Shown: positions 50,217 through 63,660, numbered from the stretch's first letter. The stretch is 64,000 nt of DNA from Stegostoma tigrinum (GCF_030684315.1 NC_081388.1:22675015-22739014); one strand, 5' to 3'. Notes: generated by a model not told the origin, from the letters alone. Numbers and translations are program-made.

Positions 50217-50572
50217 CACAGAGCCAGCATGGTGACCCAGGGGATCCTGCTGTTCCTCCCACAGAGCCAGCGCGGTGACCCAGGGGATCCTGCTGTTCCT
50301 CCCACAGAGCCAGCGCAGTGACCAGGGGATCCTGCTGTTCCTCCCACAGACCCAGCATAGTGTCCCAGGGGATCCTGCTGTTCCTCCCACAGACCCAGCA
50401 TAGTGTCCCAGGGGATCCTGCTGTTCCTCCCACAGACCCAGCATAGTGTCCCAGGGGATCCTGCTGTTCCTCCCACAGACCCAGCATAGTGTCCCAGGGG
50501 ATCCTGCTGTTCCTCCCACAGACCCAGCATAGTGTCCCAGGGGATCCTGCTGTTCCTCCCACAGACCCAGCA
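50217..50572. repeat. 43-bp VNTR, ~8 copies
   Basis: Unit CCCACAGACCCAGCATAGTGTCCCAGGGGATCCTGCTGTTCCT; GATCC at 50371 and 50414 gives the 43-bp period. Confidence 0.95.
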
Positions 50573-50759
50573 GGGTAGAAACGTTGCTGAGTTATGTTGA
50601 CCTAAACCATCATGTCCTATGGCCCTTGAAGCTGGAGTTTCTCAGTGAGAGCAATGAGCACTGGCCATCATGCCTGCTTCTAGGTCTCCACGCTGCCTCA
50701 GGGGCTGGTTTGGGTTTGTCATGGTAGGCTAGGGGCTGACACCCCCTCCACACACACAG

Positions 50760-50950
50760 GAGACTACAAGCCCCAGAATGCGTGGGGCCTCCCGAGCATG
50801 CGCAGAACTTCGGAGTCTGTCGTCAGTTCCGACCGGAGGGATCGAGAGTGAGCCCCCTCCCGGGAAAGGCGTGAGGGAAGATTGGTGTCCCGTTTAAACG
50901 GCATGGGGTGGCAGGGACAGTGAGGAGGGACATCGGGGAACAGGTAGGAC
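50760..50950. promoter_or_regulatory. CpG-rich promoter of an unidentified third gene (ZNF143/SBS + NRF1)
   Basis: ACTACAAGCCCCAGAATGC (50763-50781) matches the ACTACA-extended ZNF143 motif; GCATGCGCA (50796-50804) NRF1-like; CpG cluster; candidate donors GAGA|gtgagc (50848) and CAG|gtagga (50944). Confidence 0.7.
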
Positions 50951-53900
50951 GGAGAGGAGGGCGGGAAAGGGGGAGGGGATTGTGGGAGTCGGGATGAGGG
51001 TAGGGAGGGTGATGAGTAATGCGGGGATTCAGTGAAGGGAGGGAGTGGTGTGAGGGTGAGGGTGAGGGGCTTGCGGGAGTGGGGTGAGGGTTGGGAGGGG
51101 GGTTGAGTAATGTGGTGATTTGGTGGTGGATGGATGGGTGTGAGGATGAGGGGCTTTTCAATAAGGGGAGGGAGGGGCAGGAGGAAATGGGGATTTGGCA
51201 TGTAGTGAGATTGAAGGGGTGAGCATAGGGAGGGGTATGGGATTTGATGTGGGGGAGGGTGAGAGTTAATAATGGCACCTTGAATTGATTGATCACGTTG
51301 GTAATGATTGACAGTTGATCCTTGGTTCAGAAAAATGAGTCATAACTCAATACTGCAAGATTTATGTCTGAACAGCTGTCTGATGAAGGATTGTGTTAAA
51401 AATCTGTGTCCACGTTGGGCATTTCACAGGAAGGAGGAAGTTTGATATTGAAACCTTTCTCCCAAATGATTTGATAGACTGATGGTCCAGTGCTAATATC
51501 ACTAGATTATTATTTCAGAAACCCAGCTAATCTTCTGGTCACCTGCATTTGAATTTCACCACAACATACTATGGGATTTGAGTTTAAAAAATATGGAATT
51601 GAGATCTAATGATGACCATGAAACTGATTGTCAGGAAATTTAATCTGTTTCACTAATGTCCTATAGGGAAGACTTAACTGGTCAAACCTACAGGAGACCC
51701 CAGACTCTCAACAATGTGATTGACTCTTAACTGCCCTCTGGGCACTGAGAGATTGGTAATACATGTTAGCCAGCATCGCCTACAATGAGTGAATTTTTTT
51801 AAAAAAGTTGTCTTTTCGCTTGCACTGCTTCTTAGAGATTAAGGAAGAAGTAGCATGCACAAAGCAGTGCTAGGAACTGGATCTTAGGACAGAAATGATA
51901 GTTTCATGTGGAAAACTTTAGATTTCAAGGATCGGGAACCGAGAGGCTGTGGTTGTGTCCAGAGCGGAAGCAAGATAGTGTTGTGTCTACTTCTTTAGTA
52001 GCTGCAAGAAAGGAATCATTCTTGACCCAGTGTTAAATGGAAGTGGAACTTATCCTTGTTAATTGATGCTTCAAAATTTTGTAATTGCATGTTTGGAAAC
52101 GGAGAGATATAATATGCGTGTCCTTAGTACAGAAGGTTGTAAGGTTACAAGCGAGCAAATACTTGTGTGTGATGTTGTGTGAAAGCTGATTTGATATATT
52201 GATGTGTGTACATATGTCAGGAGATAATATCAGGACATATATTGCCTAATAGCAGAATTGAGATTCTCACCAACTTATTGTAAGTTTGTCTGCATTTCTG
52301 CCCTTCAGTTAGAATGAGGCAGACTTGCAGTTTTAATACTTCAGGTTGATTTCCATTGTTTTTGCCAGAAACTGTGGTGGTTTAATAATGAAAAAGCAAC
52401 GTTGCTCAGTTTATCCTGAAGATCACTCCAATGAAATAATCCCTTTTTAAAAATGATCATAGTCACACTTACTGTGGTTCTTGAGCAATCCCCTATTTTC
52501 ATCATTCAATCACTAACATTTGTTGCTGTCTTCAGGTGTCTGTACCCAAAACTCTAGAACTTCCTTGCTAAACACCTCCATCTCTCTGTCCTGAAAAATC
52601 TTTTGAAAAGGCACCTCTTTGAACAAGCTTTAGGTTCACTGACCTCCTATTTCATGATTCATTGTGGGATTTTCTTTGCTAATGCCCTTGGACTGTTTTG
52701 TTACATTTCAGGTACCTTTAAAGTTGTTAATGTCTCAGTGATAGCTTTGTGCTGTGTCATTCATTGTAAAGTTGCCATAGTCTTAATGGGCCACGGGCTG
52801 CTATCTCACCAGAGAGAAATGGGTAGTGGGTGGTTGAATCTGAAAGTCACCAGTCTTCAGGTGAGGGAGAAGTTGAGAAGGAGAGTCCTTCATAGTAATT
52901 CCAGCCTCTGTGAGAGTTGAATCCACACTATTAGCATCATTCAGCACTGTAAACCAACCTTCAGGCAAACTGAGCTAAAACAACTCTTATTTGAGAAACT
53001 ATAAGCCAAGCTGAAGTTAGACAGTTTGCATTTTTCTCCTCATACCATTGCTGCCTGGAGATTGCCACTCTGTTTATAGTGTGTTAGTTTCAATAAACAA
53101 GTAGTTGTTTGTTTCTAGTTTTTGTTTCTGCTTGTACATGGGCAGAGATGGATTTTCAACACTGTAAGGTTGGCTTTACCTCTGTTTCATCAAGTCTTTC
53201 ACTCAAGCCAAAGATGCTTTACTTCTGTTACTGTTGTAATCTGTACTATTCATCAAATGTATATCATCCAGCCTGTCAGACTTATGACTAACTTCTGTGC
53301 AAGCCCTTATTATTATCCTGCATTATTCTTAATGAGGGGAAGGATTTTTAATATTCATTCCAATGCTGGCTTCCTCTAATTGCTGTGGAGAAGATGGTGG
53401 TGAGTTACTGCCTTAAACCACTGCAGTTCATTTGGGACACCCACCATGCCATTTGGAATGGTGTTCCAAGGTTTTGATCTGGTGATACTTAAGGAACTGC
53501 GATTGTATTTCCAAGTCAGGATGATACATGGCTTGAATTTGCAAACAGTGTTCTTATATATCTGCTGTCCTTGATCGTGTGGATGGATGTGGTCATTGGT
53601 TTGGCAGGTGTTGTGTCAGAAGTTTCAGTGAATTTCTAAAGTGCCACCATTGATATTACACATTGCAGCTACTGAGCATCGATGGTTAAGTGTCTGGATG
53701 TTGAAGGTGGTGTACGGGTTGCTGATCCAGTGGGATGTGTGGTCGTGAATGGTGCTGAGCTTCTTGAATGTTGACAGAGCAGCCCCCATCCAGGCAAATG
53801 GGCAGGATTCCATCACACTCCAGACTTGTGTCTTGAAGATGGTAATCATCACTGTGGGGAGTCAGGAGGTGAGTTACTCGCTGCAGGATTCCTTGCCTCT

Positions 53901-54050
53901 GACCTATTTTTGTAGCCACAGCATGTTTATAGCTAGTCCAGCTCAGTTTCTCATCAATGGTAATTCCGAGGATGGGATTCAGTGATGGAAATGTCATTGA
54001 ATATCAAGGGCAGATGTTTAGATTCAATCTTGTTGGAGATGATTATTTCT

Positions 54051-55496
54051 CAAAAGGTGGCAAATGGAGTTTGATATAATGTGAGGATAAATGTGAGGAG
54101 ATTCACTTTGGGAAGAACAATGGGAAGGCAGAATACCGGGGCAATGGAAAGATTCTTGGTAGTGTGGATGTGCAGAAGGATCTTGGTGTCCATGTACATA
54201 GATCCCTGAAAGTTGCCACCCAGGTTAATAGTGCTGCTAAGAAGGCTTACGGTGTGTTAGAGATAATGGGAACTGCAGATGCTGGAGATTCCAAGATAAT
54301 AAAATGTGAGGCTGGATGAACACAGCAGGCCAAGCAGGATCTCAGGAGCACAAAAGCTGACGTTTCGGGCCTAGACCCTTCATCAGAGAGGGGGATGGGG
54401 AGAGGGAACTGGAATAAATAGGGAGAGAGGGGGAGGCGGACCGAAGATGGAGAGTAAAGAAGATAGGTGCAGTTCATCCCCTCCCCCCACTGCACCACAC
54501 AACCAGCCCAGCTCTTCCCCCCCACCCACTGCATCCCAAAACCAGTCCAACCTGTCTCTGCCTCCCGAACCGGCTCTTCCTCTCACCCATCCCTTCCTCC
54601 CACCCCAAGCCGCACCCCCAGCTACCTACTAACCTCATCCCACCTCCTTGACCTGTCCGTCTTCCCTGGACTGACCTATCCCCTCCCTACCTCCCCACCT
54701 ACACCCTCTCCACCTATCTTCTTTACTCTCCATCTTCGGTCCGCCTCCCCCTCTCTCCCTATTTATTCCAGTTCCCTCCCCCCATCCCCCTCTCTGATGA
54801 AGGGTCTAGGCCCGAAACGTCAGCTTTTGTGCTCCTGAGATGCTGCTTGGCCTGCTGTGTTCATCCAGCCTCACATTTTATTATTACGGTGTGTTAGGTT
54901 TTGTTGGTAGAGGGATTGAATTCCGGAGCCGTGATGTCATGCTGCAACTGTACAAAACGCCAGTGCGGCCTCATTTGGAATATTGCGTACAGTTCTGGTC
55001 GCCCCATTACAGGAAGGATGTGGAAGCATTGGAAAAGGTGCAGAGGAGATTTACCAGGATGTTGCTTGGTCTGGAGCGCAGGCCTTGTGAAGAAAGGCTG
55101 AGGGACTTGGGTCTGTTCTCATTGGAGAGAAGGAGGCTAAGAGGGGATTTAATAGAGACAGACAAGATGATCAGAGGATTAGATAGGGTGGACAGTGAGA
55201 GTCTTTTTCTGAGGATGATGACTTCAGCTTGTACAAGGGGGCATAGCTACAAATTGAGGGGTGATAGATTTAAGATAGATGTCAGAGGCAGGTTCTTTAC
55301 TCAGAGTGGTAAGGGTGTGGAACGCCCTGCCTGCCAATGTAGTTAACTCAGCCACATTAGGGGCATTTAAACAGTCCTTGGATAAGCATATGGATAATGA
55401 TGGGATAGTGTAGGGGGATGGGCTTAGATTAGTTCACAGGTCGGCGCAACATCGAGGGCTGAAGGCCCTGTTCTGCGCTGTATTGTTCTATGTTCT
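54051..55496 (+). mobile_element. Young 5'-truncated CR1 LINE
   Basis: ORF LQLYKTPVRPHLEYCVQFWSPHYRKDVEALEKVQRRFTRML...RRLRGDLIE; tail TATTGTTCTATGTTCT. Confidence 0.92.
54259..54885. mobile_element. Family A Penelope-like insertion with inverted terminal segment and two intact hammerheads, nested in a CR1
   Basis: TSD TTACGGTGTGTTAG at 54247-54260 and 54884-54897; CTGATGA cores at 54794-54800 (+) and 54380-54386 (-); body near-identical to 15600-16030. Confidence 0.9.
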
Positions 55497-56151
55497 TGGC
55501 ACTTGTATGAGGTGAATAATACTTTGCACTTAACAGTACAAGGCTGACTATTGTCCAGCTCTTGCTGTATATGGACACAGATTGCTTCAATGTCTGAGCA
55601 GTTTGCAAATGGTCCTGAGCATTGTGCTGTCAAGTGTTTTTTTTAAACTTTGTCAACATGAAGCCATTCTAAAAATACTAAACATAAGACCAGGTCACAG
55701 ATGTTCATGTAGATTCGAGTTGCTACTTGCAAAACCGGTGCCAGTGATCGTTTTGTTGCCAGGTGCAAAAACTGTCTCCTCTTCTCAAACATGTTCCATG
55801 ACTTGACATGCAGGATGTAGATTAAAACATTTATAACTCATTCATCAAGCTATTCTACTCATGCATTTCGACCACTCCAGATTTGTTGCCATAGTTTAAC
55901 TTTTAACTGGATTTAATGCTGAGCTGTCCTGTCCTGTTCCTTCAGTTCTCCAAGTTAATTTTGCCTGTGCAGTCCTTATCTTTTCAACAAGCTTAAGCTT
56001 CTGCAATAACTCCAGAATGTAAAAAGTTTCCAAATATAGAGCTTATGGCTTAGAGAGTGTGAATGCTCATGTTTTGGGTACGTCTGTTGTGATTGCAGCT
56101 CTTTTCCATTTAGCTTCTTTGGAATCGAATACTTGGTCTGTAGCAAACTCT

Positions 56152-56282
56152 GGTTCTGAAGAAGGGTCTCGGCCTGAAACATCAGCCTTCCTGCTCCTTT
56201 GATGCTGCTTGGCCTGCTGTGTTCCTCCAGCTCTACACCTTGTTATCTTGGATTCTCCAGCATCTGCAGTTCCCATTAACTC
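56152..56282 (+). mobile_element. Family A-related terminal fragment
   Basis: TTCTGAAGAAGGGTCTCGGCCTGAAACATCAGC...CCAGCATCTGCAGTTCCCATTAAC. Confidence 0.8.
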
Positions 56283-59170
56283 GATGTTTTGTTCTCTGTC
56301 ACATACTTTAAAGATTTGCTTTTGTTATTTAAAGTTGAGTCATTTTTACTCAATTATTTAAATTGCTTCAGCTGTGTTTACTCTTCCTGTGTGATGTTTT
56401 TGGATAGATTTTTCACAGCAGATTGGTGAGGTGCAGGAAGAAGAAAGTGTGTTTACCAAACATCTCATCTTATGAACAGCTCACAAGAGAAACAGAGCAG
56501 AAGTAGGCCATTTAGCTCATCAAGTGAGCCCTGCCTTTTAATTAATTACAGCTAATCTGATATTCTATTCCCCCCCCCCCCCACCCTTCTCTCCAAAGAT
56601 GCTACTGGACGTGCAAATTTACTTATAGAATTTTCTGTTTTTTTTATTTCTATGCTCTGAATTTGCAAGCCAGGAGTATATTGGAAGACCACCCACTTGC
56701 CTGAATGGTGTAGCTTTGACAACAACCACAAGAAGCTCCACACCATTCAGGACAATTTGATTGGCACCCCATACATAAACATGTACTCCAGCTACACCAA
56801 ATCTCAGCAGCAGAGTGTGCCATCTACAAATGGCGCTGCAGAAATTCACCAAGGCTCCTTTGACAGTACTTTTCAACCTCCTGACATTTTCCACCTTGAA
56901 AGACAAGGGGAACATATACATGTGAACACCATCACCTACAAATTCCTCTCTAATCCATGCAGTATTCTGATGTGGAACTGTACCTCTGTTCTATACCATT
57001 GGCTCAAAAATCTTGAAACTCCCTCCTTCACCGTGTTTTCATGAGCTACAGCTGTTCAAGAAGGCAGCTCACCACCATCACCTCCAGGGCAATTAGGGAT
57101 GGGCATAGTATCTTAATTTACACATCCTATATATGGACTTTTAAAGATGTTGTTGTTGTAAAAAAAGAAATATCTCCTCTGTCATTTGGAGGGGAAGGTG
57201 GTCCCAGTACACATTTGTCATGCTGAGAAGTTTGCCTTATTTCTTGTTTTTAATGTATTCTTTTAGTACTTTGTTTTTCTGGACCTGTTTCTATGGTGGC
57301 ATTCTTAGCTTGTCCTTATTTGAATGGCACTCCAGGAATGTGTGGAGGATAATTGGTGCTGAACACTCCCAGTGCTGTGTTGGGGAGTGCTGCAGTGGCC
57401 CCTTGTTGGAATGGATGCAAAACATCTCCAAAACGCTATTGAGAAAAGAGAGGGGGCGTTTGCTTTTCCTTGAGTTTGAGCAAACAGTCCTCCGTCATCC
57501 AGCAGCATCAAAGCCTGATGCTGCTGTTTTTATTTAATTTTTGGCTGCCTCGTTTCTTTACAAAGCACCACTTTACAAACTGTGAAAGTCTTTAGTGTAT
57601 CCAAACTGCTGTAGGCATACAAGGTTTTTATTTCTGCTCCAGTTTGCTATAGATACTTAGAGGATTCTTGGATTCAGTGTTTGCAGCCAGCTGTTGGGAT
57701 TTTGGAGTAATTTCCCCTTCATTCTCTCCTGCTGTATCCTGCCTCCCGCATCCTCCCAATCCCCAAACACCAGAACCCTTAGCGTGGATGGGATTGGAAT
57801 GTGAGTGCGTATCCATTTGGTCAACAGTGCATTGAACCGCTCGGCTGCTCCCTGGCCAGTTTGACATTTTATTGTCTTGTGATATTAGAGTTAGTTTCAT
57901 AGCACAGTGAGATTGAGCCAGAGAAAGTGATTTGGATGTGTGCCTGAAAGATTTTTAAAAAAATATAAACTATTGATTTACGTAAGAAGAGGACAGTCAG
58001 GAATCAGCTTGTGAGCAGAATCGATGCAGTGGTTGAAGACTTGTACTTAATGACCTCCAATCCAATAGCAGCCTTTCAGTCATTGTTTTGCTGGATCAGT
58101 TTCTAAGAACTTAAGAATTATGAGCTTGAGTAGGTTATTCAGTCTGAAAAGCTTGCTTCACCATGCACTATGACTGTGGGTGATTTCATGCTTCACTGAA
58201 CATATCCAGTCATATGCTATCCCTAATTGGCTCAGAGATCGAAAATCTCCAACTCAGCCTTAAACATATTTAAATATGATGTATCCACAGTCCTCTGGGG
58301 TAAAGAATTTCAAATATTCATCCCCTTTGAATGAGAAAATTTTTAATTATCTCAGTTCTGAAAGGGTAGGTTGCTTATCTTGTTGCACCTCCTTATTCTA
58401 AATTCCAAGTTCTTCAGCCATGGGAAATGACCTCTGTCTGTCAGCCCTGTGAAGCCCCTTCATATCTTGAATGTTTGAATGAAATTGCCTCTTGTTCTTC
58501 AACTGGAGAGAATACAGACCCATTTTACTGTGCCTTTCACAGTAGGACAGCGCTGTCAATCCAGAGACCAATTGACTGAAACATTTGTGTAAATTTCCAA
58601 TGTACGTCTATCCTTTTTTGAATATGGAAATCGAAATTGTATTTTAGGTAAGATTACATCAGAGCCCTATGCTATTGTAGCAAGTCTTATTTCTTTGTGT
58701 CCCAGTCCCCCTAGGGTAAAGGCCAAATTGCCACTTATTTTCCTGACTGCTTGCTGTATCTGCACGCTAAGTTTGTGTTCGTATGAATAACCCCAAATTT
58801 ATGTGAATATCAACACCTCCAAGTTTCACAACCTTTTTTAAAAGAAACCTATCTGCTTTTCTCCTCTTGGAGCAAGCGCTAAATGTGTTGTTAGGTACAA
58901 CTGACGCACCTGCCTTTGATCTCCTGCAGTCAGAAATCTCTTCCTCACTGCTTTCGTCCAATGTCTCTGAATTAAGTCTCAATCAGTTCCATTTCTAGCA
59001 TAGTCAAGCCAGTCAGCTGTGATTCGCTGTCAACTACAGTCTCTGTTCAGTGCAACCTTATGGTCCACCATGAGCAATGGCTCTGCTCTTAATCAATTAA
59101 CATGCCCCATAGTCCACATTGAACATGGGTTAGTAAGAAACTATTCTCAAACTCCGTCAGCCAGCCAACC

Positions 59171-59458
59171 TGGGGTCTAGGCCCGAAACGTCAGCTTTTG
59201 TGCTCCTGAGATGCTGCTTGGCCTGCTGTGCTCATCCAGCCCCACACTTTGTCTCTGTATCAATTTGCCCTGTTTGATGAACTTATTTCCATACATTGCC
59301 CTTACTGTCTTGGTATGGAACTACTATTACCTGTTTGTTGCACATCCCCCTCTGATAGCTTTTGTGCTCCTGGGATGCTGCTTGGCCTGCTGTGTTCATC
59401 CAGCCTCACATTTTATTGCCTTGGAATTTTCCAGCATCTGCAGTTCCCATTATCTCTC
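59171..59458 (+). mobile_element. Two family A terminal fragments (~59171-59252 and ~59357-59458)
   Basis: GGGGTCTAGGCCCGAAACGTCAGCTTTTGTGCTCC... and AGCTTTTGTGCTCC...CCCATTATCTCT. Confidence 0.8.
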
Positions 59459-60555
59459 TCTCCCCCCCTCTGACAGTCTGTTTGTTTTGTTTCATAATAT
59501 GTCAGCTGGGGTGGCCTTTGAGGAATTGTTGTTGCTTTGGCCCTGGACTGATGGATTATTTTACTTTTGGACCCCACTCTCCATGCTAATGGGGAAGAAA
59601 GCTCATGTTATTTTGCACAAAATGAAACAGGATGTTTGGTTGTTTCAATGGTGATTATTAGTAAATATTGATGAATAAACTTTGATCCTGAAGTTATCTT
59701 AGTATTAAAAAGAATCATTTGATTGACTCACTTCTTCCAGTTCCTATGTCTAACCTCACCACCACTTGAACTGCTTTCTTTATCAAGTGTTCTCTCAACT
59801 TTTCCGCTGCTTATTTTCCCAACATACCACCACCCCATTCTGCTGTCATTGCTGTTGTGTTCAAATCAAGTTGTTTCTCACTCCAACTCATTTGATTCCA
59901 ACAGCTTGACGCTGTGGCCTCCCATCCCACCTCCCTGTCGCCACTGTCTTTAATTCCAAGCTTAGTGTTGCTTACTGACAGCTGTCTCTTCAATTCTGTA
60001 TCATCTTGGTAATGTCTGTACTTCTGACTGTTTCATTTCAGCTTCTCAGTAAAAGCTCGACATCTGCCCCAGAGGCAACAGAACAATAAGGCTGCAGCTG
60101 AGATTTTCTTGGCTTATCCCGTTGTAGCAGCTCATGTCAGGTATCAGATGGGAAGTGCCTTGGCCAGGCCAATAGTAATGCTTGGAGGCTGTTAGTCCAG
60201 TGCTAATTTTTGAGGTCTCTGTGCTTTCTTAGAAAAGGGCAAAAGTGTGGGGTCAGGACTCTGTTGAACGTGAGCACTCGAGCTGCATGATGACAGCAAT
60301 AGGAACAAACAATGGGAGCCCAGCAAACTTGATGAGCAGTGTTGAACAGGCCAAGGGTGAAGCTAGAAGCAGTCTGTTAATGAAAGACTTCACAATTACC
60401 CAAGTCGTGTCATTGAAGAGCAGCAAGCAACAAAACAAGGGAGATGTTGATCTCGGAAAGCCATGGCTGTCATATGATCCAATTGCTTCTGCTGTAGTCA
60501 GAGTCCAGCTAATTACTGCATTCACTCCTGGTCACAACATGATAGTTTTCAAGGC

Positions 60556-60757
60556 ATAACAAGGTGCAGAGCTGGATGAACGCGGTAAGCCAAGCAGGAA
60601 AGCTGACATTTTCGGGTCTGGACTTCAGAAATTTCTGAAAAAGTGTCTAGGCCTGAAACGTCAGCTTTCTTGCGCCTCTGCTGCTTGGCCTGCTGTGTTC
60701 ATCCAGCTCTACACCTCGTTATCTCAGATTCTCCAGCATCTGCAGTTCCCACTATTT
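60556..60757. mobile_element. Diverged family A-like palindromic mini-element
   Basis: ATAACAAGGTGCAGAGCTGGATGAAC...TTCAGAAATTTCTGAA...GTTCATCCAGCTCTACACCTCGTTAT; flanked by CATGATAGTTTT(C/A)AAGG at ~60538 and ~60758. Confidence 0.75.
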
Positions 60758-60764
60758 CATGATA

Positions 60765-63660
60765 GTTTTAAAGGTTTGGATGGTGAAGAACTTGTCAAAC
60801 GTGTTCAAGAAAATTTTCTTCATCAATATGTGGATATTCCTCCTCGAGAAGGAGCAAAATATGACTGTCTTTTGGTCGATAAGGCAGGGCAGGTGACCAA
60901 AGTGAAAGGGGAACACTTTGGCCTAGTGATCATAATTCCATTTGTTTTAAAATAGTTATGGAAAAGGATGAGACTTCCATGTAAGTTAAAGTTCTATATT
61001 GGAGTACGGCAAGTTTTAAAGTTATGAGACAAGAACTTTCAAAAGTTAGTTTGGAATAGACTGTTGGCTGGTAAAAGGATGCCTGACAAGTGGGAGGCTT
61101 TCAAAAGTGTGATGACGAGAGTTCAGAGTAATGATGTTCTTGTTAGAGTGAAGGATAAGGCTGGTAACATTAAGGAACAATGGTTGTGAAAATATTGAGA
61201 GTTTCTAGTCAAGAATAAAAGATCATCTTATTGTAGATATCAACAACTGGGTGAAATGACACTTTTAATCAAGACAGAGTGCAGGGGCATTCTTAAGAAA
61301 AAAATTCAGGGAAGAAAAGAGGGGATGTGCGATAGCCTTGGTAGATAAGGTTAAGTCTAATCCAAAGAGATTCTACACGGACAGTAAGAGTAAGACGGTG
61401 ACTAGGGAGTGGTTAGGGCCCCTTAAAGATCAAAGAGGTCATCTTTGTGTGAAATCCCAGGAGATGGGTGAGATATAAGTCAATAATTCATGTCAGTTTT
61501 TAATGTGGAGAAAAAAATGGAGGCTAGAGAAATCAGGGAAATAAATAGTGATATTTTGGAAACCATTCACATTACAGAAAAAGAAGTTCTCGAGGTCTTA
61601 GAGAATGTAAAGGTAGATAAATCTCCAGGTTGTGATTCAATGTATCGCAGAACACTGTGGGAAGTAAGGGAGGGAATTGTGAGACCCCTTGCAGAACTAT
61701 TTGGATCATCTGTAACTACAGGTGAGTTGCCTGATGACTTGAGGGTGGCGATTGTTGTGCCTTTGTTTAAGAAAGGGTTGTAAAGAGAAACTGGGGAACT
61801 ATAAACCTGTAAATCTGACTTTGATTGTGTGTAAATTGGAGGTTATGCTAAGAGGGAGGATTTATAAACATTAGAAAGGCAGAAATTGCTTAGGAATAGT
61901 CACCCTGGTTTTGTGTGAGGAAAGTCGAATCACACAAACTTGACTGAGTTATTTTGAGGAAGTTACCGAAAAGATTGAGGGCAGAGCGGAAGATGTTGTT
62001 TACTTGGACTTTAGTAAAACCTTCGACAAGGTTCCACATGGTAGACTAATCAATAAACTTAGATCACTTGGGGTTGAAGGTGAGCTTGCCACATGGATAC
62101 ATAACTGGCTTAATGGCAGGACACAGATTGATGGTTGCCTTTCGGACTGGAAGCCCATCACCTGCGGTGTTCCACAAGGATGTTCTGGACCTGCTTTTGT
62201 TTGTCATTTGTATAAATGATTTGGATGTGTTTGTAGAAGGTATAGTTCGTAAGTTTGCAGACAACACCAAAATTAGTATACAGTTAATGGTAGAGCCTTG
62301 GATAGTGTTGGAGAACAGATGGACCTCAGGTGTTCACGCGTGTATTTCTTTGAAGTTTGTGTCACATGTAGACAGGGTGGTTAAGAAGGCATTTAGCACG
62401 CTTCCTTCATTGCTCAGTCCTTTGAGTACAGGAGTTGGGAAGTCATGTTGAGGTTCTACAGGACATTGATGAGGCCTCTTCTGGAATACTGTGTCCAGTT
62501 TCGGTCTCCCTGCTGAAGGAAGGTTATTATTAAGCTGGAGATGGTTTGGAACAGATTGACCAGGATGTTACCAGGTAAGGAGGGTTTGAATTATAAAGAA
62601 AGGCTGGGTAGCTTGGGACTTTAAACACTGGAGTATCGGAGGTAAGAAATGATCTCCCAGAAGTTTATAAAATCATGAGGGGCGTGCATAGGGTTAATAG
62701 TAGGTGTCTTTTCCCTAGGGTGGGGAATTTCAAAACGGCAGGGCCATGTTTAGAAGGTGAGAGGAGAGAGACTGGAAAAAGATATAAGACACAAATTTTT
62801 TACGCCAAGGGCAGCCCATTACTGTGGGTCTGGAGTAACATGTAGACCAGACCAAGTAAGGACAGTTTTCTTCCATAAAGGACATTAGTGAACAGATGGG
62901 TTTTTACAACAATTGACAACGGAATCACGGTCATCATTAGATTCTTAATTCCAGATATTTATTGAATTCAAATTCTGTTATCTGCCATGGTGGGATTTGA
63001 ACCCCACTCCCCAGAATGCTGTCTGGTTCTCTGGATTAACAGTTCAGCAATAACACCACTAGGCCATTGCCTCCCCCCAAACTGCTGAAACTGTACAAAA
63101 CACTAGTCAATCCGCAGCTGGACTACTGTGAACAGTAGTGGCCCCCTTAACTCAGGCCAAATATGCAGGCATTTGAGGCAGCCCAGAAAACGTCCTTTTG
63201 ATGGATTTCCAGGTATGATGGGTTTTATTTTATGGAGAAGTTGAATAAGTTGGGCTTGTGTTTATTGAAGTTCAGAAGATTGAGAGAAGACCTTATTGAA
63301 AGAGAAATCATTAAGGGGCTTGACAAAGTAGATACAGAGACATTGTTTCCCCGCTGTGGGGGATTCTTTCACCACTGCTCATAATCTCAGTTAGGGATTG
63401 ACCATTTAAGAGTGAGATGAGGAGGAAATTCTTTTCTGCGGGTAGTGAATCTGTGGAATTCTTTTTCACAAAGGGCTGTTGAGGCTGAGCTATTTAGTAT
63501 GGGCAAGGCTATGACACACAGGTTTGTAACCAGTAAGGGAATCAAGGATGAAGGGGAAAAGGCAGGAAATTGGAGTTGAGGAATGTGAGATTAGCCAGGG
63601 TCTTATTGCATGGTGATCAAACTCGATGGGCTGAATGGCCACCTTCTGCCCCTATGTGTT
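60765..63660 (+). mobile_element. CR1 LINE ORF2 remnants (probably two merged copies)
   Basis: VKVDKSPG.D..Y.RTLWEVRE.I..PL, LDFSKTFDKVPHGRL, GVPQG, INDLD..RKFADNTKI; frameshifted. Confidence 0.9.

Larger units (their letters stand above)
53385..55630 (-). mobile_element. Older L2/CR1-group LINE fragment split by the CR1 insertion
   Basis: Minus ORFs ILGITIDEKLSWTS..VATKIGQRQGILQR and FKTQVWSVMESCPFAWMGAA; homologous sequence resumes at 55497-55630 (IQQELDNSQ); related pieces at ~28600-29050, 42045-42320, 56695-57105. Confidence 0.75.

Noticed and set aside
50071-50562. ORFs of 105-163 aa with repeated peptides
   Set aside because: Translations of the 43-bp VNTR in shifting frames
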